A DNA stretch of 64,000 nt from Negaprion brevirostris (taxonomy: Eukaryota), in contig JARDVH010000084.1 in the NCBI GenBank assembly GCA_030324005.1, positions 53,718,663-53,782,662 on the forward strand, read 5' to 3'. The notes under the pieces were generated by a model. The model ran no database searches and was not told the origin of the DNA. It saw nothing but the letters and a program-made list of their open reading frames with translations. The position numbers and the translations under genes were made by a program. Below are positions 51,463-64,000 of this stretch, piece by piece (the first letter of the stretch is position 1; the number at the start of each line of letters is the position of its first letter).

Positions 51463-51500
<38 letters not shown>

Positions 51501-53230
51501 AATTTGCATGTTCACCCCATGTCTGCAAGGGTTTCCTCCAGGTGTTCTNNNNNNNNNNNNNNNNNNNNNNNNNNNNNNNNNNNNNNNNNNNNNNNNNNNN
51601 NNNNNNNNNNNNNNNNNNNNNNNNNNNNNNNNNNNNNNNNNNNNNNNNCCTCCAGGTGTTCTGGTTTCCTTCCACAGTCCAAAGATGTGTGGGTTAAGTG
51701 GATTGGTCATGGTGAAATGCGCCTTAGTGTCGGTAGATTAGCAGGGTAAATATGTAGGGTTACAGGGATAGGGCTTGGGTGGGATTGTTGTCAGTGTGGG
51801 CTCAATGGGCCAGATGGCCTCCTTCTGCACTCTCGAGATTCTATGATTCTGTGGATTCTAGGTCACCAAGCTTGGTGGCAATGGTAGATTCAGGGTTATG
51901 CCAAGCCACAGTTACAGGTTGTGACTGAATACAATTGTGCTACATGGATGCTCAGTTTTGAACTGCCAGATCTGATTCAAACCTATCTTGAGGTGGTAGT
52001 ACCACATGATACAACGAAGGGTGTCCTCAGTGTGAAGATGAAACTTTGCCTTCACAAGGATTGTTCAGTGGTCATGCCTACTAATGCTGTCATAGACAGA
52101 TGCATCTCTGGTAGGTAGGCAAATTTGTCCCTCTCGTTGGTTCTCTCTTTGCCCGCCATTGGCCCAATCTGGCAGATATGTTCTTCAGAATCCAACCAGC
52201 TTAAATCAGCAGTGGTGCAGGAGCCACTTCCAATGATAGGTTCTACTGAAATCTTCCAAACTGAATGCATTCTGCATTCTTGCTACCCTCAGGGCTTCTT
52301 CCAAATACTGTCGAACAAAGTAATGTTTAATCAATGGACGGAGGGCCACAGGTGATAATTAACAGGAGGTTTACTTGTTCATGTTTTACATACCACAAGA
52401 CTCCATACTGTTCAGAATCAATGTTGAGGATTGCCAGGACTATTCCCTCATGATTGTATACCACTGATGTCACGTCTGGTGGGTCAGAGCACACCCAGGG
52501 ATGNNNNNNNNNNNNNNNNNNNNNNNNNNNNNNNNNNNNNNNNNNNNNNNNNNNNNNNNNNNNNNNNNNNNNNNNNNNNNNNNNNNNNNNNNNNNNNNNN
52601 NNNNNNNNNNNNNNNNNNNNNNNNNNNNNNNNNNNNNNNNNNNNNNNNNNNNNNNNNNNNNNNNNNNNNNNNNNNNNNNNNNNNNNNNNNNNNNNNNNNN
52701 NNNNNNNNNNNNNNNNNNNNNNNNNNNNNNNNNNNNNNNNNNNNNNNNNNNNNNNNNNNNNNNNNNNNNNNNNNNNNNNNNNNNNNNNNNNNNNNNNNNN
52801 NNNNNNNNNNNNNNNTAGTGAAGAGAACTTTGATTGACTAGGCAGGATATGCTATTGTCATTGTTGGTGCTTAGGCTTATGCTGGTTTTGCTTTTATCCA
52901 ACTTTTCTCTTGCCAGTTGGTACAATTGAACAGCTTGTTAGGCCATTTCAGTGAGTAGTTAAGAGTCAGTCATATTGCTGTGTGTTTGGAGTTACATATA
53001 GGAAAACTGGGTAATAATGACAGATGTCCTCTTCAGAAAGACATTAGTGAACAGGTGGTTTCTTATGACCTGTAATTTCAGATCATAGGACTAGCATTTT
53101 ATTTCTGGTTTATTAATTAATTGAATTCAAATTGCCCTAGTTGCTGTGGGATTTCAATTCATGAGTTTGAGAGCCTTAATCCAAGCATGTGGATTACTGG
53201 TCCAGGAACATTATCACTATGCTACTGTTC
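50850..53230 (-). mobile_element. Decayed second-family LINE with a tRNA-SINE-like 5' segment
   Basis: Reverse-complement similarity to 34030-35500; 53080-53230 resembles a tRNA-derived head on the minus strand. Confidence 0.6.
51385..51850 (+). mobile_element. HE1 V-SINE containing an expanded (TG)n
   Basis: Head, (tg)n at 51464-51499, V-domain across a gap, and tail. Confidence 0.85.
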
Positions 53231-53504
53231 TCGTAATGAAAATAATCAAAGAAGTGCAACGTGAAATTTCTTTTAACATTTAGAAATTCCCACTATAATT
53301 TCAGCTGAATATATTAAAAAGCAGAAGCATATATTCTAAAATTAAGTGACATGACAAAGTGGAAAAATGCTGAACAATTCAGAGCAATCAGGCACTATTT
53401 TACAATTACAGCTAGACCATTTAGGAGTGAAATCATGAAGCATATTTTCTTTACAAATAGGGTAACAGAAATGTTTAACCTGCCCCTCGGGTGTCCGTGA
53501 CCAC

Positions 53505-55597
53505 TGAGTGACTGGTCACGGGCATTCAGCCTCTGATCTTCGGGTAAGCATTCTCCAAGGCAGCCTTCACGACACATGACAGCACAGAGTTGTTGAGCAG
53601 AAACTGATAGCCAAGTTCCGCACACGAGGACGGCCTCAACCGGGATCTTGGGTTCATGTCACACTGTCTGTAACACCCATGCCTAGGCATGCAAACTCTC
53701 ACTAACTGTCCTGGCTGGAGACAATACACATCTCTTTAACCTGTGCTTAACCCTCTCTCCACTCACATTGTCTNNNNNNNNNNNNNNNNNNNNNNNNNNN
53801 NNNNNNNNNNNNNNNNNNNNNNNNNNNNNNNNNNNNNNNNNNNNNNNNNNNNNNNNNNNNNNNNNNNNNNNNNAGAAGATGTCGTAGCTTCTCCGCTCCG
53901 GGGAAGTACTGGACGACGAAGGGTACTCTGTCCACTGTGTCCCGTGTTTGTCTTCTGAGGAGATCAGTGCGGTTTTTCGCTGTGGCGCCTCGGAACTGTC
54001 GATCTATGAGTCGAGCGCCATATCCTGTTCTTATGAGGGCGTCTTTCAACGTCTGGAGGTGTCTATCACGATCCTCCTCATCTGAGCAAATCCTGTGTAT
54101 ACGGAGGGCTTGTCCGTAGGGGATGGCTTCTTTAACGTGTTTAGGGTGGAAGCGGGAGAAGTGGAGCATCGTGGGGTTATCCGTGGGCTTGCGGTATAGT
54201 GAAGTGCTGAGGTGACCGTCCGTAATGGAGATGCGTGTGTCCAAGAATGCAACCAATTCTGGAGAATAGTCCATGGTGGGATGTCATCATATAGTTGGTT
54301 CAGTGACTGTTCACCATGAGTCCAAAGGAAGAAAATGTCACTGGTGTATTGAGTGTACAGCATCAGTTGAAGATCCTGTGTGGTGAAGAAGTCTTTGAGC
54401 CTGTGCATGAAGATGTTGATATATTGAGGTGTGAATTTGGTCCCCATGGCTGTTCCGACGCGCCACAGCCCCTACTTACAAGCCCTCCGTATACATAGGA
54501 TCTGCTCAGATGAGGAGGATCACAACAGACATCTCCAGACTCTGAAAGATCCCCTCGTAAGAACAAGACATAGTGCTCGACTCATTGATTGACAGTTGCG
54601 ACGCGAGACAGCGAAAAACCACACTGATCTCCTCAGAAGACAAACATGGGACACAGCGTACAGAGTACCCTTCGTCGTCCAGTACTTCCCAAAGCGGAGA
54701 AGCTACGACATCTTCTCTGGAGCCTTCAATGTGTCGTTAACATCTCTCCAAGGCCATCCCCACACCCCCACTTCTTGCCTTCAAACAACCGCACGACGTC
54801 AAACAGACCATTGTCCGCAGCAGACTACCCCCTACCCAGCCTTCAGAAAAGCAGTGACCACGACACCACACAACCCTGCCACAGCAATTTCTGCTATCAT
54901 CTCACTTGAGAACACCGTCCACCAGGTAGACAGTACGTATGCTTGCAACTCGGCCAACGTTGTCTACCTGATAGGCTGCAGGGAAGGACGTCCCAAGGCA
55001 TGGTAATTGGGGAGACCGTGCAGATGCTCCAACAACAGATGAATGAAGACCACTTGACAAACACCAGGCAAGAGTGTTCTCTTCCTGTTGGGGAACACTT
55101 CAGCAGTCACGGGCATTCGGCCTCTGATCTTTGGGTAAGCGTTCTCCAAGGCTGCCTTCATGACACACGACAGTGCAGAGTTGCTGAGCAGAGACTGATA
55201 GCCACGTTCCACACACGAGGACAGCTTCAACTGGAATCTTGGGTTCACGTCATACTATCTGTAACCCCCGTGACTTGGCTGGGCTTGCAAAATCTCACTA
55301 ACTGTCCTGCCTGGAGATAATACACATCTCTTTAACCTGTGCTTAACGCTCTCTCCACTCACATTGTGTGTACCTTTGAGACTTGATTACCTGTAAAGAG
55401 TCGCATTCCAACCATTATTTTGTAAATTGAGTTTGTGTCTTTATATGCCCTGTTTGTGAACAGAACTCCTACTCATCTGAAGGGGCAGTGCTCTGAAAGC
55501 TATTGGCTTGTGCTACTAAATAAACCCGTTGGACTTTAACCTGGTGTTGTGAGACTTCTTACTGTGTTTACCCCAGTCCAACACCGGCATCTCCACA
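53505..55597. mobile_element. Penelope-like retroelement complex (RT C-terminus, GIY-YIG endonuclease and 3' end) with inverted segments
   Basis: Minus 53874-54450 encodes MGTKF.P...NIFM and FLDTRISITDGHLSTSLYRKPTD...HPKHVKEAIPYGQALRIHRICS. Plus 54455-55597 repeats this and continues CNSANVVYLIGC...IGET...LPVGEHFSSHGHS. Plus 53505-53773 is another 3' copy. Confidence 0.92.
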
Positions 55598-55719
55598 TTA
55601 TATTGGATAGCCATTAGTAGTCTTTTCCCCTGGTTTCTTGGCTATGACTAATGAGCGAGGACTCATATTTCATTCTCTCGCCCTGCAGTATAAATATCTC
55701 CCACTTTCTGTGCCTTTTA

Positions 55720-55812
55720 GTAATGACAAAAGGTCATCTGGATTCGAAACGACAGTTCTTTCTCTCCTTAAAAATGCTGCCAGATCTGCTGGGATTTTCC
55801 AGCATTTTTTCT
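55720..55812 (+). mobile_element. Short shark repeat with a decayed hammerhead-like head
   Basis: tgacaaaaggtcatctggattcgaaacg...gctgccagatctgctgggattttccagcattttt; related remnants at about 7980-8035, 43490-43585, 59430-59630 and 62055-62150 (minus). Confidence 0.5.
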
Positions 55813-56364
55813 TAGTCATTGTTTAAAATAACACCTGCCAGATGGAGGATCAGGTGCACGCAAAGGTGTTAAAATACTCCATTGCACCAACCACTTATCA
55901 GGGATTGTCAGTAAAGATCAAGCTCTTTTCGCATTGTAAGTAATAAGGGAGCCATTTAAAACTTGCCAGGAATCAGGTTTCCAGGGGAACAAACTTTAAG
56001 CAACGTTGGAGGCATGAGAATGCCTTTCCTTGCTTGCAAACCCTAAAATTGTTTTTGAAAATCATTAACTTGAAAGCACTTTTAAAAAGTTAAATAAGTA
56101 GAAATGTAAGAAATGTATTTGGGAGATGCACACAAGTCTTTTTTAAAAAATGTATAAACAACAGATATGTCTTTGAGATTAACAACTACCGTACACACAA
56201 ACCAATTTTGAGAATATTTGTTAAGAGTATCAGCTGAACCCAAACAGCAGCCAGACAATTTCTGCTGAATACATTTGCTTTCTATAACTTTAATTCCTCT
56301 CTCCATTACTGTGTGCTCACTTTGGATTAAAAGCAATCCTATGCATCATAATTTAACTAATATA

Positions 56365-56705
56365 AAAATCGAGGGATTGAGTTTAGGAATCGGGAGGTAA
56401 TGCTGCAACTTTATAAGACCNNNNNNNNNNNNNNNNNNNNNNNNNNNNNNNNNNNNNNNNNNNNNNNNNNNNNNNNNNNNNNNNNNNNNNNNNNNNNNNN
56501 NNNNNNNNNNNNNNNNNNNNNNNNNNNNNNNNNNNNNNNNNNNNNNNNNNNNNNNNNNNNNNNNNNNNNNNNNNNNNNNNNNNNNNNNNNNNNNNNNNNN
56601 NNNNNNNNNNGCAAACTCCACACAGGCAGTGACCCAAGCCAGGAATCGAACCTGGGTCCCTGGCGCTGTGAGGCAGCAGTACTAACCACTGTGTTACCGT
56701 GCGCT
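56365..56705. mobile_element. CR1 fragment (+) and HE1 SINE head (-) on either side of a gap
   Basis: RGIEFRNREVMLQLYKT before the gap; reverse-complement SINE head after it. Confidence 0.8.
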
Positions 56706-57549
56706 TAAGCACGTCACTGAGGCTGGAACCAAAACAATTATCAATTGCTTAGACTTTCGGGATCAGTAGAACTCCCCACAGCCCTCTGTACCCTGTTACC
56801 AAACTTATGAACTTGCATATGAACCAACCATTGCCCATAGTAACAGGGTGCACTTGTAGAACAGGAATCAATATCCCATTTGAGTTTAGCTCCAGAACTT
56901 TTAAGTCAGCCCTGCAAGTAAATGTTATTTTCAGTTAAGAAACTAACTCTAAGATTAAGCACCCATCCAAAGTCATGTTCTCTTGTACACAAAGCAAAAA
57001 CTAAACCCAACTAGGTGTGAGCCTATGAAACGTGGCAACACTGAGCCTCATTCTTCTACCATCAAATTGCGACTGATCCAACCCACACTAAAAAATACAA
57101 ACCATCTGTCATATTGCCAAAACTCAGGACTATCATCGCACTGCCCTGATCCACTCTTACCAGTGCTAACATCTTGCTGTGTACCCCATACTTTACAAAG
57201 AGGAATAAAATTGGTAGAACCAGTAAAGATATACATCAAAAAGAACATTGCTTTATCAAGGAATAATTGCAAATTCAATCTCAGACAAAAAGACAGAAAT
57301 ATAGGAGACAGATCAACTGACCACCAGATATTGCAAAGCCTTGAGCTACCTGATATCTATTTCAGTTAGTCACTTTCTGAAATCAAGAATATTGAATCAA
57401 AACTAAATTCTATTGCTGATATTTAGAATTTAGCAGAACAAGGGCTCAAACTCAGATATCATTCTATAACTGAAAGAATGTCAATGTCATCTTCTAGTAG
57501 AGCGATCCAGGTACAAGTTTGCGCAGCTGTGTAAAGTGTTAATATTTTA

Positions 57550-57802
57550 GATAGAACATAGAACATTACAGCGCAGAACAGGCCCTTCAGCCCACGATGT
57601 TGCGCCGACCAGTTAAAAAGCAATGNNNNNNNNNNNNNNNNNNNNNNNNNNNNNNNNNNNNNNNNNNNNNNNNNNNNNNNNNNNNNNNNNNNNNNNNNNN
57701 NNNNNNNNNNNNNNNNNNNNNNNNNCTATAATTCCCAGGGAAGTCCCTGTTCCCCTTCTTAAACAATGGGACAACATTCGCTATCCTCCAATCTTCTGGC
57801 AC
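57550..57802 (-). mobile_element. Young CR1, mostly in a gap
   Basis: 3' tail as at 5591; PEDWRIANVVPLFKKGNRDFPGNY after the gap. Confidence 0.9.
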
Positions 57803-59467
57803 AATACCTCCAATAGATAGTTGCTTATTAATAATTTATCAACCTCATCAACAATTAGGAATTGTCCTGGTGGGGGAGGGGAGTAAGTGGGGTCTCTTTG
57901 AAACTGTGACGAGTCCAAAATTACCAGTTGGATGTTTGCTCCTGAGGTGAGTAGCTCAACTTGGAAAATAACCCACTTTGGCACACTCAGTTTTGATAGA
58001 TGGATGTGGATGGAGTCAGGCTCTCTGCTGCAGACACAGATTGGAGGTAGCCACGTGGGTTGTTTAGTGTCAAAGCAGGATGTTTAAAAGATTTGTTTTA
58101 GTTCTTTGACACTTTGTCTCAGTTGATTTGTTAAATATTCGGTACAATAAACCTCACCTCTCACATCCCATTACCCCACTACCCACTCCTCTGGTCCCGA
58201 GGCCAATTAATGCCACTCATTCACCCTCGTTGGTCCCTCACATGCTCTAATGCCAACATATGCCCCCACTGTGTGGCCTCATGGCCTCCATGCCACCTTA
58301 ATGCCAGCCCACACCACCTCCCCACACCCCCATCACCTTTGGTCCTTACACCCTCCGTGGTTTATTACAGATTATGATAAACAGTCAACCATTAATACAA
58401 TGATATAAAGGCCCTTGGGGAAAACACCTTAACCGCTGGAACAGATTTTTTCCAACTCTCACAAAGGCAGGCTTTTTTTTATTTTCAAAGGGTTGGTATT
58501 TAAATAACTTGATGTACCTTATCTGCCCTTCACAAGCATTTATCTCTCGACAAATTTATGATACCCCACACTTGTCAGTAAGGCCTCGCTACAGCCATAA
58601 TGGAGCCTGTTTGAACTCAGCATCACAGCAAAAATGGGGCCTGTTCGAACTCAGCACTGAGATCAAATAGAGCTGCTGAGTTTGGTTTTCCCTCATGAAT
58701 GTGGCACATCTCACCACCNNNNNNNNNNNNNNNNNNNNNNNNNNNNNNNNNNNNNNNNNNNNNNNNNNNNNNNNNNNNNNNNNNNNNNNNNNNNNNNNNN
58801 NNNNNNNNNNNNNNNNNNCTCATGAATGTGTCACATCTCACCACCTTTCCCCTACCAGCAAAAAATAGATCGATCAGAAATGGGGGCAGGACTTCTGGGT
58901 CCAAGTCCCATCTGTCATTTCTGAAAGCCCACAGACTCTGAAAATCTGGCCCGACTTGTCCAACACTGGGAGACTGAAGGTCTGCCAATGCTCTGCATAA
59001 CCAAGCATGCCCATAGTACTCAAGGTCATTGTTCATAATTATACAGCAAGCCCATCTCATTAATAGCACCTGAAGTAACAGGCTGTGGGCACTGGTCTTT
59101 TTCCCATTTAAATAAGCCTGGTATTACAAACCTTAAGTCCCAATTCATCTAATGCCACGTTCTAGTACACTGCTCACTTTACTTCATCTAAGGCTTTTAG
59201 AAGTTTCAAAGCAAGAAACCATAATCTACTGCCTAAACTTGAACAAACATTCACGGCAGAGAATTCCCCACACTCACAACTGTCAGCATAAAAATGTTTC
59301 ACACCTCCCTTTTAATTTTATGATTTCTTGAACATCTGTCCTCTTGTTGCTGTCCTACCAATAAGCAACATCAATTTATCTCACAATAAGCTGATAAAAA
59401 TCTTAAAAGACCATGTGTAGCCCAAGGTTCCAAAGAATTGCCCATTGGGCATGAAACATTAACTCTA

Positions 59468-59592
59468 GATAGGATTTTTGGCTTTGCCTGCTGAAGGGAT
59501 GGTCCATTCTCACCGAAAGTCAGTGGACTTTGGTTGGGTCACCAAATCTCTAATGGATGATCCTGCCACAACGGGCTAGAAAATCCCGGTCT
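59468..59592. mobile_element. MITE-like element with imperfect terminal inverted repeats
   Basis: gataggatttt...gaaaatcccggtc; related ends at 9905 (ggcgggattttcc), about 27400 (aaaatcccagcc) and about 58945 (gaaaatctggccc). Confidence 0.45.
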
Positions 59593-60094
59593 CTGTCCCA
59601 CAGACCTGAGTTCTTCCAGCTATTTTTATTATACATGTTGCTTTTGTGTTAAATTATCTTACACTGAAAACTTAAGATTATGATTCCTTTTTAGTGATTG
59701 ATCTACCTGTGGCACATTTCATGATGTGTATTTGATTTAAGGAGTGTTCTTTTCCTTATTCCTACTTCAATAATGTAGTACTTCACATTTTTTGATTCTG
59801 AACGGTTTCTCGCTGACCTATTCATTCTTCTAAACTATCTTCGTCCTTTGGAAGCTTTATTTGCCACCTTCCTCATTTGACATCAGTGAGAAATTTCAAC
59901 ACTGCTTCTTAATTCCTGGGTACAAATCATTTTTGTATAAACTGATGTTGTGAAACATCAATTAGGCAATGTTAAACCTGCTGCTTGGGTGGCAACAGAA
60001 AGTATAGTTTTGAAATACAGAATTCCCACCTGGAGGCGGTTTACTAGATGAAACTTAATAAAGTTGACGGCAGATTCAACAAGTTGCAGGATTG

Positions 60095-60500
60095 GTTGTA
60101 GAACTGGTGTCAACAGCCTGGAGGTTACCATTGACCAGAAACGGAACTGGACTAGCCATATAAGTACTATGGCTACAAGAGCAGGCCAGAGGCTTGGAAT
60201 TCTGTGGAGCGTAACTCACCTCCTGACTCCCCAAACCTAGTCCACCATCTACAAGGCACAAATCAGACATGTAATGAAATACTCTCCAATTGCCTGGGTG
60301 AGTGCAGCTCCAACGACACTCATGAAACTCAACATCATCCAAGACAAAACAGTCCAGTGGACCCCATCTACCACAACAAAATTCATTACCTTCACCAGCG
60401 ATGCACACTGGCAGCAGTGTATACCATCTACAAGGAGCACTACAGCAACACACCAAAACTGTGCAACGATATCTTCCAAACTCTCAACTGCTCCCACTTA
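60095..60500 (+). mobile_element. Second-family LINE RT C-terminal fragment
   Basis: RAGQRLGIL...HLLTPQ.LSTIYKAQIRHVMKYSPIAWVSAAPTTLMKLNIIQDK. Confidence 0.8.
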
Positions 60501-60504
60501 GTGG

Positions 60505-61584
60505 AATAAGAACATAAGAACATAAGAAATAGGAGCAGGAGTAGGCCATCTAGCCCCTCGAGCCTGCCCCGCCATTCAATAAGATCATGGCTGATATGTC
60601 GTGGCTCAGTTCCACATTCCTGCCCTCTCCCCATAACCCTTAGAAGAAATTAGATATTTCTTTATCCCCAAAGGGATCTTGGAGTACAAATACAGTAAAT
60701 CACAAAATTGTGACAGAGATTAGCAAGGCCATAAAAAAACAAACCATGCACTAAGCTTGTTTTGATCAGCGAGATCATGGCTGGTTTGTAACCTAACTTG
60801 ATACCAGTTTCACCCCATATTTCATAATGCATTTCATTAACCCATCAATTTCAGTTTTAAAAATGAACAATAAACTGGCCTCAACTTTTGCAGAAGTGTT
60901 TTAAAATTCTGCATGTAATGATGTTTCCAAACTTCAATCCTGAAAGATTAGCTCTACTTTTTCATCCCTCCACACGCCCTCCAAGTTCCTCATTCTAGAT
61001 TCACCAACCAGTGGAAATAATTTCTATTCATCGTACTCCCTTAATAATCTTGAAAACAGCAATCTTCTAAATTACAGGGACTATCAACCTAGTGTGTATA
61101 ATCTTTTTTGCAAGTTAACCTTTGGAGCCTATGGATCATTTTGATAAAACTATGTTACATTTTCTCCAAGTTCAATATATCCTACCTAAGGTGCGTGCCC
61201 AGAACTGAACACAGATTTGGTTCAACCAGGGCTTTGTACAGCTATAGAATGGCTTCTAATCATTTGCATCCTAGTTATCTCTAAAAGATCAGCATTCCAT
61301 TAGCCTTTTTTGATAATCTTTTTGTATCTATATATACTTATGTACCTAGAACTCCAAATTCCTTTGGATCTCCATCACATCTAGCTTTTCACCATTAAGT
61401 ACATTTGAATTTCCATAAACTGGGGAAACAATTATAATGTAAAGATATTTTGACACAGTAAGTAGATGCATAGAACATAGAACATTACAGCGCAGAACAG
61501 GCCCTTCGGCCCACGATGTTGCGCCGACCAGATAAAAAGCAATGACCCTCTAACCTAAACCAAACCCTTTCCATCCATAAACCT
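60505..61584. mobile_element. CR1 fragments, mostly minus strand
   Basis: (aagaacat)n tail at 60505-60640, decayed RT at 60770-61410, and a young tail at 61468-61584. Confidence 0.75.
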
Positions 61585-63518
61585 NNNNNNNNNNNNNNNN
61601 NNNNNNNNNNNNNNNNNNNNNNNNNNNNNNNNNNNNNNNNNNNNNNNNNNNNNNNNNNNNNNNNNNNNNNNNNNNNNNNNNNNNCTTATTTAAACAGGTT
61701 TTAAACAGGTAATTTCTTATCTGACTCTCTGCTCCTTCACTCGCCTGCTCCAGCAAACAATAAGGACAGTACCCTGTACTGCATGCAACAAGTGAGAAGA
61801 GGAAGGAGGAGGAAAATCAACAACAAAGGCCAGAGGAGCGCTACCAGAATCCATCAGGCACAGTAGAGTGATGTCTGAGAATGAAAAAGGTGAGAGAGCC
61901 TGCTCACCGAATGCCTTTACACTCTGAATAGAATGTATAAGCCAATAGTCACTCTTTTTGGCATTTTTGAGGAAAAGTGCATGAGCAGTGCTACACTCAT
62001 TAAGGCAGGTTGCTAGTAATCTTTACTGCTGCAAACACACAATACTGTAGAAGCAAAACCTGCTGATGGTGGAAATCTGGAAAAAACACATTTCTGGAAA
62101 AACTCAGGTCTGGCAGCATTAATAGAGAAAGAAATAGGGCTAATATTTTGAGTCCTGTCTGTCTGTCTACCTTGTAACAACAGTCAGGATTGTCAAGGAG
62201 TCACACCACTGCCTGCGAAGATGGCCATTGCAATTTCTCTCTTTCTCTGAATTAATCTGGACTGCTTCAGGGGACAGCGGTTGCATTTCAAATTATCCAC
62301 AAGACTTTCTGCACCAACTGATGACAACATGAGAAATGAGAGAACTTTGGGACAGGCAATGGCAATTCCTAGAATGCACTGTAATACTAGCAACATTCAT
62401 GTTGCTGTCTAGCTATCATGAAATCAACGCAGAGCTTTGTTAATCATGAGGGATATTACCAATCAATATCCAGCAAATACATAATCACATTAAGAGAATC
62501 TCAGGTCTGTACCTGTTGCTCAAGCTAGCTGCAAAGATTCATTCATCCTGCAGCAGTTGAAGCTTCTCCATATTTCACAATGACAGATTCAGAAAAGATC
62601 TACACATACACATTTCTCAGTTGGAGTTACTGGATATTGATCAAACTCAAAACCATTGTTTGTTTTTTCCTCTTCTCTAATCTGATGCTGACATATTCTT
62701 ACTTCAACCATTGCAACTTCTTCATGAAAACTGCGACATTAATCTGTGTATTTACTGTAAGTTATATTGGCACAAGGTATTAATTTTATTTTACATTTTG
62801 TTTAAATGATCTTAACTTGTATCCTCTCCTCTAAGACAATTAACTGAGGGTACTTTCATTCATCATATTTACTCCATAATTGACTATGACCTTGCTAAAG
62901 ATGGATCAGAGTTGACTTCATGCAACAAAACGAAAGAGTCAGGTAACATTCTCATCTGAATTAGCAAAAATAGAAAGTCTGTTTAAACATTTGATAATTA
63001 TTATGAATATACAACATTTTAAAAATATTTTAAATGGAATTGCACAAAAGAAAATTTACTCCTGCAGAAGAATTTACATGATCAGTTAATAGACCTCCAT
63101 ATGTAATCGAATGAATAACGTGTTCAAAGTGCCTTTCATGGCCATAGAGTATTCAAAATTACTTTAATGCAGAGGGTATAGAAATTATTACACAAAACTT
63201 ATTCCCTTTCCAGTTTCATATCAAAAAAAGGTTGGAAATGGGTAGTCACAGTGACTACAGAGGTCATGTGATCTTCATTTCAAGTTTCGGCAAATGTCGG
63301 GGACCACGTGACTTTGGAACTGGAGAGCAGGTTTTAAAACCCGCAGTTGGGGTCTGGACAGTAGGTCATGTTAGTTTTGATAGTACTACTGTCTTGTAAA
63401 TGTTCCTTTTTCCCCTGTAAATGAGCAGTTGCCACTACACCACCTGGTTGGACACCAAGTGTCTGTTATTACATTAGCAAAGCACTTTCCACTCCAATTC
63501 AAAGAGGTATCAATCACC

Positions 63519-64000
63519 ATGCTGTTTTTTTGGTAAGCTCGAACCATTTGATGTGAAAGAAGAAGATTGGGTTCAATACATCGAATGTATGCATTTTGTT
63601 TTTAGAGCCAACAGCATACAGGGGAGGGAGAATTAGAGGATTATCTTGCTAACAGCTTGCAGCACCCGGACAGATAGCGTAATAAGATGTTTGACCTATC
63701 CAGACCCCCTGATTCAAAAATCAATCACCCACCCGGTGAGGAACCATTATCACCCAAAGCCCTCTATCATTCTCCAAAAATACAAATTTAATTCAACAGG
63801 AGGGCCCCTGAATAATCCATTGTGGATGACATAGGCAGATTAAAGGAAACACACAGGACATTGCAAGCTTGGCATATCCAAGCTTGCAATGATTACATTA
63901 AGGGATAGGCTGTTATGTGGGATAAATAATGCACTTATCCAAAATAAATTGCTAACGGAGTTAGAGCTAGACTTAAAGGTTGTGGAAATAGCTTTGTCCG
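63519..64000 (+). mobile_element. Degenerate Ty3/Gypsy gag, running off the window end
   Basis: Frameshifted M.(F)FGKLEPFDVKEEDWVQYIE...FRANSI...ILLTAC, HYHPKPSIILQKYKFNS and LRDRLLCGINNALIQNKLLTELELDLK. Confidence 0.85.

Noticed and set aside
57103-57190. Exon-like segment on the minus strand (YGVHSKMLALVRVDQGSAMIVLSFGNMTD) with a phase-compatible end
   Set aside because: It does not resemble the expected preceding SWT1 exon (recalled ILYLKPPWTL...KKHWLAVFG) and the donor gtttgt is weak. The real exon was not found and probably lies outside the window or in a gap.

Overview
This is vertebrate DNA, almost certainly from a shark or other elasmobranch, judged by the HE1/V-SINEs, HER1/CR1 LINEs and shark-type Penelope repeats. 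The assembly is a draft with many N gaps. The one recognisable host gene is SWT1 on the minus strand. Its last six coding exons (48209 down to the stop at 11026) splice in frame and match my recollection of the vertebrate SWT1 C-terminus; its 5' exons lie beyond the window or in gaps. Downstream of SWT1 on the same strand is an orphan 177-aa ORF (3219-3752). One base change would give it a signal peptide, and it has six mature-region cysteines, amphipathic helices and 3' ATTTA motifs, so it is a candidate secreted, cytokine-like protein. The rest is mostly decayed or nested mobile DNA: CR1, a second LINE family, L2, Rex1/Babar, SINEs, Copia-like and Gypsy LTR fragments, MITEs and Penelope elements. 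Several Penelope-derived pieces carry minimal hammerhead ribozyme motifs, including two hairpin mini-elements in SWT1 introns in the sense orientation. All homology calls come from memory of the families; no search was run.
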